The notes: a model not told the origin generated them from the sequence alone. 64,000 bases of DNA from Eledone cirrhosa (GCA_964016885.1 OZ024744.1:80724001-80788000), one strand, 5' to 3'; positions 1 to 13,215 are shown, numbered from the stretch's first letter. Numbers and translations: made by a program.

Positions 1-277
1 GACCTCAAAAGGATGAAAGGCAAAGTTGACCTCGGCGAGATTTGAACTCAAGAAGAACAGAGAGCCAGCACAATTATCATAGAACATTCTATCCGAAGGC
101 AGAATTTGAACTCAGAATGCACAGAGCTGGAAAAGATACTGCAAAGTATCTTATCCAACTGTTTTACAATGACTGAAACCAGTAAAACAATAAAAAGAAT
201 AAAAGACTACAACCATTTTATAATAATCATCATTATACAACAATAAGAACAAGAAGAACAACAAATAAATTATTTAC

Positions 278-399
278 CTGACTGGATTGCTTGATAAAGA
301 CACTCGTACAGATTCTAAGACTTTCAATCGTTTTTCCCCTTTAAGATTTGGAACTTGAAGAGATGCAATGAAATGTTCTGGTGTTCTAAGGAAATTTTG
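278..399 (-). CDS. dia: Internal coding exon of Diaphanous-related formin (GBD/DID region), 122 nt, phase 0 to 2
   Basis: Minus strand tttatag|CAA...GTCAG|gtaaat translates QNFLRTPEHFIASLQVPNLKGEKRLKVLESVRVSLSSNPVS, matching the Diaphanous LESLRVSLxxNPVS(W) motif; canonical AG/GT sites; too short for the ORF track. Confidence 0.93.
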
Positions 400-462
400 C
401 TATAAAGAAATATACAATGAATAAATTAATTTTCAATTCCTTACCATTAAAATCAATGTTTT

Positions 463-785
463 ATTATTATTATTATTATTATTTTTTCATTTATCTTGCT
501 TTATGTTCATACAAGCTATCACCAAGTCACAACCAGTGACCTCAAGAGACAACAAGGTCTGCCATGTTCAAGAAAGAATACACATACACACACCCATCTT
601 TAGGTGTTTAGACTTGTGATGTACTTATATTGACAGAATCTTCCTTAGTATATGGGCAGTTCTCATCAGTACTATCTTTTGTATTTCTCCTATACGCGGG
701 TTTCCTGGGATTTGCCATAAGTAATCATTAGATCCCTTAGGTATCATTCCTAGAGCGTCAACAACCACTGGTATTGTTTTAGTTT
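463..785 (-). mobile_element. 3' fragment of R4/Dong-like non-LTR retrotransposon
   Basis: Minus translation KTIPVVVDALGMIPKG...GEIQKIVLMRTAHILRKILSI* resembles the C-terminus of restriction-like-endonuclease LINEs; (TAA)n at both ends. Confidence 0.75.
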
Positions 786-807
786 ATTATTATTACTCTT
801 GCGGTGA

Positions 808-994
808 GGCGGTGGATTGGCAGTATCAGTGGAGTGTCGGACGCCATGCTTTCCAGCATAGTTACGTCCCTTTACGATCTAAGTTCAAATCCCGTCAAGG
901 TTAACTTTGCCTTTCATCCTTACCGGGTCGATAAAATAAAGTACCAGTAATGTACTGGGTAATTGCTGGCCTTGTGCCAAATGTAGAAACAATT
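808..994 (+). mobile_element. tRNA-derived SINE family A (Meta-domain-like core)
   Basis: A-box-like TGGCAGTAT, B-box GTTCAAATCC, core GTTAACTTTGCCTTTCATCCTT-CGGGGTCGATAAAATAAAGTACCAG; related copies or fragments at about 1-60, 7480-7585, 17575-17712, 36375-36510, 38820-38960. Confidence 0.85.
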
Positions 995-1526
995 CTTCTT
1001 CTTCTTCAAATCAGTGGTTTGGCAGTATCGGTAGAGCATCAAACACAATGCTTTACAGCAAAGGTTCTCAACGGGGGGCATATGCATCCCCAGGGGGCGT
1101 TTGGGAGCAAGGGGACATTAGGGGGGCGTTTGGAGCTTTGGAGTGCACTGGAAGGCTCTTTACTTTGGTAAGTTTTATAAGCCATATTTGTATGTCTTTG
1201 AGACAGCCAGTGTGAATGCATTTGAATAAGCTTGCAGACAGCATAACTATGGTCTGGCTGCAGCTGTGAGCAGGTGTGCAGGCGTGTCTAGACATTAACC
1301 GGCAATTGAGATCCTAACAATGGAAAAACCCACAGTCAACTGGGTCAAGGACACTTCAATCGCAGCCAGTTAGAATCTTGTCTTTCTTTCACCGATAACA
1401 ATGTATTTCATGTCTGAAGTTATTGACTCAACCGTAACGAGTTAACACTATGTAGATCTATTTTATTTCCTATTGTATAAATAATATTACAAAGAAAAAA
1501 AAGAAAAAAAAACACAGAAGCGGGTA

Positions 1527-1919
1527 GCACACACATCTAGGACCACACACAACACATAATCAGATAATACACACATCTAGGACCACATACAACACATAAG
1601 CAGGTAATACACACATCTAGGACCACATACAACACATAAGCAGGTAATACACACATCTAGGACTACATGCAACACATAAGGAGGTAGCACACACATCTAG
1701 GACCACATACAACACACAGGCAAGTAATACATACATTTAGGACCACATCCAACACATAAGCAGGTAATACAAACATCTAGGACCACATACAACACATAAT
1801 CAGGTAATACAAACATCTAGGACCACATGCAATACATAAGCAGGTAATACATACATCTAGGACTACCTACAACACACAGGCAGGTAATACATACATCTAG
1901 GACCAAATACAACACACAT
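1527..1919. repeat. 40-bp minisatellite, about 10 copies, inside the hAT
   Basis: Unit ACACACATCTAGGACCACATACAACACATAAGCAGGTAAT repeated head to tail. Confidence 0.93.
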
Positions 1920-3182
1920 TGTAACATGTGCTACGGACGACGCTAGAGCAATGGTTAGCCAACATAAGGGTTTCGTCACTCTTCTGAAGAGAGAAAATCT
2001 ATCTGTATTTGTTGTTCATTGTGTCATTCATCAACAACACTTGGTTGTGAAGAAACTCAGCAAGCCACTGAGCAAGTCCTTGCAGGTGGCCCTTGATGTC
2101 ATCAATTTTATCAAACGGCATTCCCTCAATGAACAAATTTTCCGGCAACTGTGCCAAGATAATGACGAAGAATTCGTCAAGTTGCTCCTTCATAATTGTT
2201 TCTACTTTTGGCACAAGGCCAGCAATTACCCAGTACATTACTGGTACTTTATTTATCGACCCCATATGGATGAAAGGCAAAGTTAACCTCGGCGGGATTT
2301 GAACTCAGATCATAAAGGGACGTAACTATGCTGGAAAGCATGTCCGAGCCTCTACCGATACTGCCAATTCACCGCCCAAGTTGCTCCTTCATAATGAAGT
2401 GAGGTGGCTTTCAAAGGGCAACTGCCTTACTCACTTCTTTGAACTGTTCGACTCTATCATTGAGTTTCTGCGAGGATGCAATACAGAACTGTACAAGAAA
2501 ACCCTCGTTGTGAGGCAAAACTGCGCCTACCTCACCGACATCGTCAACAAATGCAATAGCGTCATTTTGGCTTTGCAGGGGAAGAAGATCACCTTGCTTA
2601 AAACAAGGAATGCTGTGAAAACATTCCTGGCCAAATTGAATGTCATCGAAAGGAATCTTTGTTGACGGGAATTCTATAATTTTCCTAGTGTCGTCAATGT
2701 TCAAAACATTGTAAGCGATGACCAACTCCAAATTTATACCGCTCACCACCGTGCACTACAAGACAACATGAGAGAACGGTTTGTCGACCTTTTGCCGATG
2801 GACATCCCAATGTGGGTAGCAGATCCCTTCACAGCTAACGTTGATGATTTGGATGTTATATTTCAGGAAGAATTCATTGAACTTCAGACAGATGACATTA
2901 TCAAAATTAGATTTCCCAAAATAGGTGAACCCCTTTTTCGGATGCAAGAGAAAATTCAGCGTCGATTTCCACACCTACATGCAGAGGCTAAGAGATTTGC
3001 TCTGCCTTTTCCAAGCTCATACTTAGTCAAGAGGAGGTTTGGTGATGTTTCCAAACTGCTCAGTAAGGCTCGCAACCTCTACAATGTAATTACATGTGGA
3101 GATCTCCGGCTACATCTTACGAAAAATCCAGCCTGACGTCATAGAGTTAGCTAGACTCCATAAAGTTCAAGGGTCCCATTGA
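1920..3182 (+). pseudogene. hAT transposase C-terminal part (SCAND3/ZBED8/FAM200-like), disrupted
   Basis: Motifs CATDDARAM, HCVIHQQHL, LLLHNEVRWLSKG, LPFPSSYLV, GDLRL..QGSH*; stops, frameshifts and a SINE insertion. Confidence 0.9.
2197..2376 (-). mobile_element. SINE family A inserted in transposase with 18-19 bp TSD
   Basis: TSD (C)AAGTTGCTCCTTCATAAT at 2178-2196 and 2377-2395; removal restores EEFVKLLLHNEVRW. Confidence 0.92.
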
Positions 3183-3877
3183 AATGAGGTCAAAGTTAAA
3201 GTAAGTTGATTTACCCGAAAACTTAGATATGCTATTGTTACAAAGCAAACTAACAATTTTTTATATTTGTAGTTGCAGTCTGACTGGACTGGAAACCATC
3301 TACTACAATTCACTTACTCATTTGTCGTATATATTTTACCATTTACTAATAAATAAACCCTCTTATATGGTCATGAAAACCCTCTTCCGTGGTCTCTAAG
3401 CTCACAAAGCGGAGGGGACATCAAGTTAGATATCAACATTTATTCTGTCTGTTTCATTAAAGGGAAAATTGGAAAGCTTTGAAATGATATAATTGCCACT
3501 TTCTTCCTGATAAGAGCACTCTTTGGATAGACAGAGTTGCTCTTGTATAAATGTTCAAAATAGTTGGTATCGCCTGGTGGGAATATAACAAATTCAACTG
3601 GTCCTTATTCATAACAAAGAACATTTATGTTCCTTTTTTTTAATATACTCTCAGCTGCCTGCAATGGTATCTTTGGAATATTGTTAATCAATTTTTTAGT
3701 AATCTACTGATATCGAAATCAGTAGTATATTGAAAAATGGAAAAATAGGGTGGGGGGGGGCGTTTCGTGATTTCGAGGGACAAAAGGGGGCGTTTGGCCT
3801 AAATGGGTTGAGGACCTGTGCTTTACAGCATAGAGTTATGGCCCTTTACGTTTCAGCGTGGAAAAAATTGGATGCAA

Positions 3878-6850
3878 ATCATCATCATCATTTTACGTCC
3901 GCTCTTCCCTGCTTGCAAGGGTGGGACGGGTCTTATTCAGCACAGCATCTCTCCACTCGTTACGGCCCTTCGTCATCTCCACCGTGAGCCTCAACGATCT
4001 GAGGTCTGTTCTCACCACCCCCGCCCATGTTTTTCGTGGTCTACCTCTACCACGTCTTCCTTCAACTGGCATTTCCTGGCACTTCTTCACCCATCGGTCA
4101 TCCTCCATGCACATCACATGTCCATACCACCTCAGTCTCCTCTCCTGTACACTACATTCTATCCCTCTCAGACAGTTTCTCTCTCAACACATTTATGCTG
4201 GGTCGTTCACGCACATTTACACTGCACATCCAGCGGAGTATGCTTGCCTCATTTCTCTCCAGCCGTCGCATATCCTCTGCAGTTGCTGCCCATGTCTCAC
4301 TATCATGCAGCATCGCGCTCCTCACACAGGCATCATATAACCGGCCTTTCGTACACAGGGAGAAACCCTTCTTCGTCAGCAGAGGAAGCAGCTTCCTAAA
4401 CTTCTTCCAACCTGTCCTTATTCTAGATACTATGGCCTCGGAACACCCCCCTCCCATGCTAATCTGTTCTCCTAGGTACCGGAAGCTATCCAACACTTCT
4501 ATAGCACCTTCCTGCATTTGAAAAATGTGTCTATCAATGCGACTTCTACTGTCTAATTTCCCTGTACATCTACTGCATACATATTTCTCCCTACCTGTTA
4601 GTTTGCCTGCTATCCCTCTACATCTCTTGTGTACCCAGGATCTGCATTGTGTGCATTTTATAGAATTTATGCCAGTTCCTTTTCTGCATATCGAACGTGG
4701 AATTCCTCACTAAACTCCATTCCTACCCTGACTTTACTGACAGTACCTCTGTACAAAGTTTGCACTGTCCTCACAAGCCATTCCTCAACACCTAGTTTCC
4801 TTAGGGACCACCAGATGACAGATCGGGGTACCCTATCAAAAGCCTTCTCTAGGTCAACAAAGGCTAAGTATAGTGGCTTATTTTTCTCTAAGAACCTCTC
4901 TTGCAATTGTCTCACCAAGAAGAGGGCATCTGTTGTACTCTTCCCAGGCACAAAACCAAACTGCATCTCATCTAGATTGACCCTTTCTCTAATTAGTTGT
5001 GCTAATATCCTTTCTGCCACTTTCATAACCTGATCCATCAGTTTTATACCCCTATAATTGCTCCTCTCCAGAGCATCCCCTATACCTTTGTAGCAATTTA
5101 TGAGAATACTGCTGCACCAGTCTTTGGCTATGTCATCACCATATATAGCCTGATAGATGATGCGTGCAACCAGTTTAGTGCCTACGTCCCCTGATGCCTT
5201 CAGCATCTCAGCAACTATTCCCGATGGTCCAGCAGCCTTACCATTTTTCATTTCCTTAATCGCCTCTTGGACCCTATATTCTACAATCTCAATAGCTGGT
5301 CCCTCTGTCAGATCTACTAAGGGTAATTTCTCTCTCTCCCATTCGTTCTCCACATTCATCAGTCTCTCATAATGACATTTCCAGGCCTCCTTTTTCTGAT
5401 CATTCATGACACTAAGTACACCGGCATCATTCCGGACACATTTATCTCCAACAACATCCTGATTTGCATTGACACACTGCCTTGCAATGTGGAACACCGC
5501 ACGCCTCTGATCTTCCCGTCGCAGAACATTGGCAAACCTCCTACTCTCAGCCTCCCTGCGTGCTAAGTACACCTGACGTCTAGCTTCTCTCTTAGTGGCT
5601 GCAAATTTTTCCCTACTCCCACCCTTTTTCCAAGCCTTCCATGCTAGTCTTTTGTCTCTAATGGCCTTATCTACTGTGTTGTTCCACCACCAGGTCACTC
5701 TCTGTCTGGTTGGAGCTCTGCTCCAGCCACAAGTTTCATCAGTAGCCTGCAGTAAGTTGTCACGTAAGAAATTCCAGTTATTATCTATGTCATACGTCTC
5801 TAAATCGTCTTCTTTTTCATCATATACATCTTGAAGGGCTTTCCTAAATTTGTTTTTTTAGTGAAAGGTCTTTTAGCTTCCAGACCTTTCTTCTCCACAC
5901 CTTCCTGTATGTCTCATTCCATCTCTTGCTTACTGAGATATCACTAACAACTAACATATGCTGTGGGGTACATTCTTCCCCAGAGTATGCCTTGGTATTA
6001 GACACTATCTGCCTGTCCCGCTGCCTAAATAGTAAGAAGTCAATCTGGCTTATGTGCTCGCCAGATTTGTAGGTTATTAGTTGATTGGCAGGTTTCTGGA
6101 ACTTTGTGTACTTGCATCACAAAATTCAAGGTCTCACTCCTTCATTTCTTGAGTCGTAACCGTGCCCACCATGTACCCCAGTGTAACCATCCTGGAGCTG
6201 TCCAACATGACCATTGAAGTCCCCTGCTAGCATAATGATGTCTCCGTCCTCTGTCATTGCGGTTGTTTGTAAAAGTTGCTCGTAAAAGCAGTCTTTCTCA
6301 TCTTTGCCTAGGCCTGCTTGGGGAGCATAGGCAAAGATGATTGTCAGTAGTCTCCTGCCTACAACTAATCTAAGCTTAATTATTCGATTACTAACTCGAA
6401 CTACCTCTATTGTCTTATTGATCCATCTCTCAGCCAGGAAAATGCCTACTCCCCCTAACCCATCATCCTTACCTACCCAGAAAAGCTTATAGCTAAGATG
6501 TTTGCCTACGACTAGTCTCGCAGAGGCACCTCTCCATCTCACCTCTTGCACGCAGCACACATCCACATGCCTTCTCTCCAGCATCTCCGCTATTTCAGCA
6601 GATCTACCCCTGAGAGTGCCAACATTAAGTGTTGCAACTCTGAGATGCGACGTCTTCATATTTTGTTGTTGTTCCTATCTATTTGTTGCTGTGCTGCTAA
6701 GCGTTTTGGCATTGATACACTGGTTGGATGGCCTTCCTAACACCAGCGCCACTTTACAGCATGGACTGGGTGCTTTTATTTGTGCCACCAGCACTAGAGA
6801 GGATATCTTACTAGACTAATGGGCCCTCTCTACCCTTCCATTTTACAGCA
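3878..6850 (-). mobile_element. RTE-clade LINE, near full length, frameshifted, RT catalytic core deleted
   Basis: APE motifs (TLNVGTL, VQEVRW, GDFNGHVG), RT motifs (YRGIKL, QFGF, FVDLEKAFDRVPR), C-terminus GRGRPRKTW..TRPTLASREERT*, (ATG)n tail; GVHQG-YADD segment missing at about 4695. Confidence 0.92.
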
Positions 6851-7512
6851 TGGTCATAAAAAATATATATAAATTCATAATGTTAATAATAATAACTAAT
6901 TGTTTCTACTTTGGGCACAAAATAGATTACTGGATGTCTTAATAGACTCAAGGGCCCTCTCTACCCTTCCATTTTACAGCATGGTCATAAAAAATATATA
7001 TAAATTTATAATGTTAATAAAAATATATATAAATTTATAATGTTAATAATAATAACTAATTGTTTCTACTTTGGGCACAAAATAGATTACTGGATGTCTT
7101 AATAGACTCAAGGGCCCTCTTACCCTTCCATTTTACAGCATGGTCATAAAAAATATATATAAATTTATAATGTTAATAATAATAACTAATTGTTTCTACT
7201 TTGGGCACAAAATAGATTACTGGATGTCTTAATAGACTCAAGGGCCCTCTTACCCTTCCATTTTACAGCATGGTCATAAAAAATATATATAAATTTATAA
7301 TGTTAATAAAAATATATATAAATTTATAATGTTAATAATAATAACTAATTGTTTCTACTTTGGGCACAAAATAGATTACTGGATGTCTTAATAGACTCAA
7401 GGGCCCTCTTACCCTTCCATTTTACAGCATGGTCATAAAAAATATATATAAATTTATAATGTTAATAATAATAACTAATTGTTTCTACTTTGGGCACAAA
7501 ATAGATTACTGG
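6821..7512. repeat. Tandem array of 5 units with alternating lengths 131/160/130/159 bp
   Basis: Unit starts GGGCCCTCT at 6821, 6952, 7112, 7242, 7401; long units carry a 29-bp internal duplication. Confidence 0.9.
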
Positions 7513-7819
7513 TGCTATTTTATCGACCCCGTAAGGATGAAAGACAAAGTTAACCTCGGCGGGATTTGAACTCAGAACATAAAGATATTGTAAAGTGGTT
7601 GTGTAGGTGCCACGGTAAAAAGCACCAAGTACTCACTGTTAATGAGGTTGGTGTTATGAAGGGCATCCAGCTGTAGAAATGAAGCCAAAATCAGTTCTGT
7701 ATGAGCAAGACATGGTCACCTGACATTGCCCACAACAGGACAACCTGTCTAACCCATGCTAGCGTGGAAGAATGGACGTAAAATGGTGATGATGAAAATG
7801 AAACACACACTTGTGTGTG

Positions 7820-8110
7820 TATGTGTAGAGGGGGAATATCGGGTGTAATGTTGGCGAATTTCAAGAAGCATGGAAGTTTTGAAGGATGCAGTGTCCCGAT
7901 AGCTAACAACTGATACAGGTAGTTTGTTCAGCTGTGCTGAATTTTGAATGTATATGCATGTCCATGGTTGTTAGACATATGGAATTCAAAAAGGTGCCCA
8001 GGGTTGTTGTTTAAAAGATGGTTAATAATCTTGTAGGTGGTTACCAAGTCTGTTGCCAGACATCAAAGCTTTAATGTCCAGGGAAGCAAAGCGTTCAGAG
8101 TATGGTAGAT
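7820..8110 (-). mobile_element. CR1-like LINE 3' fragment
   Basis: Decayed LPYSERFASL ... NKLPVSVVSYRDTASFK; same family at 41278-41530 (+). Confidence 0.7.
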
Positions 8111-8363
8111 GCTACAAAGAATCTTAATCTTTCACTCCAATGATTCTGCTAATTCACCAACTTAATTTAAACAGTGACAATGATGTCATGAAAAAAAAAA
8201 TGGGAGGTGTGTACACTCAATTACACATAACAACAAGCAATGTTGGTATTTCCTTCTAAAAAAAGGTTTTGAGGCAAGCCATGGCATTGACGGCTTTACC
8301 ACGGTTCATGGCAGGACTAAGGTAGCCAAACAACCCCAAGAGTATCACCTGACGTTTCATTAA

Positions 8364-8797
8364 CCCTTTAACATTTACATTACTCTATATATACTATTGT
8401 ATATTCATGGTAAAGGTTTTATCTCACATAATCTCAAGTCTACAAGATTTTGATGATGTTATTGTTTATTCTAAGAACGATATCTTAACCCTTTAGCATT
8501 TAAACCGGCCATATCCGGCCAGAATTCTCTCACCTCTTTAGGCTCAAACCGGTCATAACCGGCTGCTCATACCGATGTTAAGGTATTGTTCTCAAAATAA
8601 ATAAGGACAAAATCTCATATATTCGATATTATGAGAGATAATTATGCGAGATAAAGCCATTTCTGTAAAAATACAATAGTAAATATATAGTAATGTGAAT
8701 ACTAAAGGGTTAACATCAGTGTGAGCTGCTGGTTACGACTGGTTTCAAAAAGGGAAAATAATTCTGACTGGATACAGCCAGTTTAAATCCTAAAGGG
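8364..8797. mobile_element. piggyBac-type MITE containing a nested MITE (8489-8709)
   Basis: TTAA|CCCTTTA...TAAAGGG termini; inner element flanked by duplicated TTAA (8485-8488, 8710-8713). Confidence 0.8.
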
Positions 8798-10019
8798 ATA
8801 AGGAGAGCCACCAACGATGACAAAAACAAAGTTATCAACACCCCAGCTACCCCGACTCCTCCTTGCCACCTGAATGTCAAAGTCTCTTCTTGAATGTCAC
8901 AAGCCGAATGAATGAATTGTAGGTGGTGTTCTTTTTTTTAAAGTTTCCTTGGTTAAACTGACATACAATATATATTACAAGATTTATGTATTGAACAAAA
9001 ATACAACATTCTCAATGAACTGAAATCTGACTCTTTAGACAGAGAAAAATAATTAACAACAAAAAATAAAACAGTCGCAATTATTAGTGACCATCAAAAC
9101 AGAAGGTTGCTAACAATTTCTGTTATGTCTTTCTCTCCTTCCGCAACTTAGTGTTAAATTTCAATTCATTGATATATCATCATTATCATCGTTTATCATC
9201 CATCTTCCACGCTAGCATGGGTTATATTTTTTGTTCCATTTGATGTGGGATTGTTTGGGAGACTGTGTCTCTCTTGTAAGGAAGTGTATATGTCGCTTAG
9301 CACATCACCACCTGCTCAAATTACATGTATTTATGATATCCGTTTACTTGAGTCATTTCCTTTAAAGAAAAATTTTGTAATGAAATGTTTCTAATTTTAG
9401 TACAATGTCAGTCATTTTGATGGGGAGGAGGAGGGGGTTGTCGTCATTGTCATCATTTAACATCCATTTCCTATGCTTGTATAGATTAAACGGGTTATCA
9501 CGTTATGAGTCAAGTCAGTTCCAGAGATCACATCTTGCTCGTACAGATTTGTATTTTGGCTTGCTTTCTCCAGCTGAATGCACTTCCCAGTGTCAATCAC
9601 ATTATAGTGAGGACTGGGTGCATCTTATTGTGGCACCGAACCAACCACCTAACAGGGTGTTTTTGATATATCCACTGTAGTTTGGAACACAATTAAAGCA
9701 GTCTGGTTACAACCGAGTGTATGATGTACAGAAAGCTGTCTGTAGGCAAGTAAGGTGTGGGAGACACTACCCGGTTTTAAAAATCTAGGAAATAAATAAG
9801 TGTTCGGACCTCTTTAATACATGTAGTCATAAAATATCTTAACTTTCCATAGAATATATAGTTAACTTGGTCCTTAGACCTGCACCACACTTTTTAACCT
9901 AATTACTTAACCTCAAAACCCCCTGTTATTGATATACCTGCTTCTCTTTCTTTACAACTGCCCAGCTCTTCAAGCAACATTATAAAGATATATATATAAT
10001 GCAAAAAGCAAAAAAAATT

Positions 10020-10490
10020 GAATGGACCTGTTATTTTTATCTAAAGACATTTTTTCCAATTCCACCCCGCCTGTTCCTTCAATCTATCTAATTTCTCATT
10101 CTTTCTTCTGATGAAGGACTAGTGTCCGAAAAGTTAAGACCCTCTTCCTGCTTTTTCAAGTGTTAACCTAATATATTCCTTCCATATACTGTACCAATTG
10201 TGTTGTTATTTCTGTCTACCTTTTACACACATATGTATATATATGTGTTGTGTGTTGTGTGTTGTGTGTTGTGTATGTTATATGCATATGAAAAGTAAAC
10301 GAAAAACAAGCAAACAATACAGAAGAATGAAAATAATTATTAGTTAAACGCTTGATATAGCAGGAGAGGTGTTAACATTTCAGATACTAGTCCTTCATCA
10401 GAAGATAGAATGAGAAATTAGATAGATTGTAGGGACAGGTGGGGTGGAATTGGAAAAAATGTCTTTAGATAAAAATAACAGGTCCATTCA
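10020..10490. repeat. Convergent inverted pair (about 135-bp arms) of Penelope-like 3' ends, each with a hammerhead core
   Basis: 10020-10152 is the reverse complement of about 10359-10490; both arms contain CTGATGA-AGGACTAGT..-GAAA. Confidence 0.75.
10104..10139 (+). ncRNA. Minimal type I hammerhead ribozyme motif, weak stem III
   Basis: TCTT-CTGATGA-A-GGAC-TAGT-GTCC-GAAA-AGTT-AAGA; more degenerate mirror copy at 10370-10405 (-). Confidence 0.6.
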
Positions 10491-10506
10491 TTTTCTTTGT
10501 TTCTTG

Positions 10507-10540
<34 letters not shown>

Positions 10541-10542
<2 letters not shown>

Positions 10543-10897
10543 TCATCATCTTCTTAGTCCGCTTTTCCCTGCTTGCAAGGGTGGAACAGGAACTGATTCT
10601 GGCTTGATTTCTACAGCTGGATGCCCTTCCTAACACCAACCTCATTTACAGTGAGTGCTGGGTGCTTTTTTGCCGTGGCGCCTACACACGTCCACTTTAC
10701 AGTGTGGGCTGGGTGATTTTTTGCCGTGGCAACGCCACGACCACTTTGCAGTGGAATGATAGGGACCCCAGTCCCTATCATCTCATTTCTACAGCTGAGT
10801 AAACTGGAGCAAGGAAACAACACATCACTCAGTCTGAGAATTGAACTCACAACCTTTCGATTGCAAGCCCAATGCTCTAACCACTAAGCCATGTGCC
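10541..10897 (-). mobile_element. tRNA-derived SINE family B (CORE-like segment, internal 40-bp repeats, RTE-type tail)
   Basis: Head TGGCTTAGTGGTTAG..GAGTTCAATTCTC, motif GGTGTTAGGAAGGGCATCCAGCTGTAGAAA, tail GGAC-TAA-(GAT)n. Confidence 0.85.
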
Positions 10898-11031
10898 TAC
10901 ACACACACACACACATACATATATATATCTTTCTAAAGAAATAGAAAGATAGAGGAGAGTGAGAAGAGGAAGAAAGTGAAAAAATTGAGGGAGAAAAAGT
11001 ACGTGTGTGTTTAGTCAGATATAATACTTAC

Positions 11032-11163
11032 TTTATGACTCTTGGCTTGATTTTCAAGAATTCTTTTCTTTTCTTCTTCTTGAATTTCAATAATTTTTCT
11101 CTTCTCTGCAATAGATTTGTTCCGTAATGGGGCTTTTTTCTCTTCATTTAGATTTAATTCATT
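11032..11163 (-). CDS. dia: Internal coding exon of Diaphanous-related formin (GTPase-binding domain), 132 nt, phase 0 to 0
   Basis: atattttag|AAT...AAA|gtaagt translates NELNLNEEKKAPLRNKSIAEKRKIIEIQEEEKKRILENQAKSHK, matching Diaphanous DMNLNEEKxxPLR; joins in frame to exon 278-399. Confidence 0.93.
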
Positions 11164-12019
11164 CTAAAATATATAAACATTGATATATAAATTTTATATT
11201 TTATAATATATAAAGGACATATTTATAAATATATATATATACGGATTTTAATAAACCAAAACTAAATGAATATGGCATCCAATTTTCTATTGATTATATA
11301 TATAAACATAACACACCTTTATGCATGCTCAGTTAGCCTTCTATGAGGTTGCATCTCATAGGAGGATTCTTGGGTGTTTTAGTGATCGGGTCCCTACTAC
11401 TATCATGAAAAGCAATATGAAATGAAGCATCTTGCTCAAGAACATAATGCATGGCCCAGTCCAGGAATCTAACCCATGACCCTATGATCATGAGTCCAAC
11501 ACCCTAACCACTAGGCCATGTATTATATAAAAAAATACTTATATGACATATAAATGATGATAAATGACATTTGATTGGTTTTAACAATCTATGGATTTTA
11601 ACCCTTTTGTTGTCACATTTCTCACGAAAGATACTTCTTATGATTTTCAAATCATTTTAAAAATAATAGAAAAATTTGGAGGGATTTAGTAAAATAATTA
11701 ACATCCTCATTATTAAGCTGGTTAATAGAAACATAACTTAAAGATTCTTACATAAAATTTTGATGGATGGTTTTTTTTTTAGATAAATATAAACTGTAAA
11801 GTGGTCATGCTGCTGCCATGATAAAAAGCACCCAGTCCACACTGTAACATGGTTGGTGTTAGGAAGGGCATCCAGTCAGAGAAATATCTTCTTTCAGAGT
11901 TTGGATTCCTGCCTTGACTAACATTCCACACCAATTGTCTCCTGTTTAAGACTCTGCTCTAGACCTTGTGTACATATATTAAAACAGTGCACAGTCTACA
12001 ATAATCTAAACAGTTTTAA

Positions 12020-12229
12020 CCCTCTAATATTTACATTACTCTATATTTACTATTGTATTTTCATGGTAAACACCTTATTTCACAATCATCTCTCATAATA
12101 TCTAATCTATGAGATTTTGATATTATTCATTTTGATAAGAATACCTTAACATCAGTATAAGCAGCCGGTTATGGCCGATTTTGAACAGAAAGAGGTGAGA
12201 GAATTCTGGTCGGATAAAATGCTAAAGGG
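12020..12229. mobile_element. piggyBac-type MITE
   Basis: TTAA on both sides, CCCT...AGGG termini, homologous to 8364-8797 and 35425-35630. Confidence 0.8.
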
Positions 12230-12989
12230 TTAAGGTTGCTTTTGATCATAGTTAACTATGTGTTTGCACCTGGAAAGTTCCTCTTCAAAGCCAACATCTA
12301 GATGAAGTGATTTGTGTATGTGTGTATGTGTAATAAAGACCAACAGTTACACAGGCATGAAAGTCCCTTTTCTCCATGCCACTAATGTTATCCAAAGGAA
12401 AGGCAAAGGCCAGTATAGCTTGCCACCAGTGATGTTGCAGGTGAACTTAGAACAGAAAGAGCTGAAAGAGAAACTTTGAGGTATTACGTTTGACGCTCTA
12501 TAAATTCTGCTAATTCACCACCCTAGACTGATACTTTATTTATCAACCCTGGTCTTCGTGTGTTGTAAACAGAGTTCCATCAACTGATCTGACTGGTTTC
12601 CTTACGTTAGTATATCAGAGAGTTAAGTCATTTGCATCATAAAACTAAAAGAGCTTTGATCCCTCCATATTTCTTAACCCTTTGATATTAAATCTTCTGA
12701 AACTGACCCTGGTTCCAAGATGACAAAATTGTTTGCTTTACCTAAAACCTTTCCATCATAATTTTATGCAAGAAAATTTGTTAAGTTATTTTCTAAATAG
12801 CAGCTTAATAATGACAAATTTCTAATTCTCGCCAACTTCTTAGATATTTTCAAAATAACACCATGTTATCCAACATATCAATTACCTCTTTGATAACAAC
12901 CCAGGTAGAACTGGTTCTGATTCTACAAAAAAAACCCACTCAATAATTTCATACAATAATCATGAGTTCTTCTTTGTACATTTATTCCT

Positions 12990-13215
12990 GTGAGAGTCAT
13001 GAGGGCAAAGTCTTCAAGCACGACTTCCAGAAGGTCCTGTCAGAAGCAACTGTCTATAATTTATTTGGCTGAATCCCCAAGCAAGACCAGATGAGCTAAT
13101 GGATGTTATCCAACGATCTTGCTTGGGGATCTATTCCTGGGTCTCCTACTAATTGGTTTTTGCCTATAAAATCTGTCCAGCAATTCTTTCCTGAGACATT
13201 CTAACCACATATCCT
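12990..13215 (-). mobile_element. Decayed RTE-like LINE 3' fragment
   Basis: Minus translation GYVVRMSQERIAGQIL...RRPR. Confidence 0.55.

Larger units (their letters stand above)
1059..3820 (+). mobile_element. hAT DNA transposon (Buster/Charlie type), defective
   Basis: TIRs CAAAGGTTCTCAAC / GTTGAGGACCTGTG (12/14), 8-bp TSD CTTTACAG at 1051-1058 and 3821-3828, transposase remnants inside; splits a SINE-A head. Confidence 0.93.

Noticed and set aside
808-900. tRNA genes suggested by A/B boxes here and in other SINE heads
   Set aside because: No cloverleaf; they continue into SINE bodies
1527-1919. CRISPR-like regular repeats
   Set aside because: No unique spacers, whole unit repeats, eukaryotic context, no cas genes
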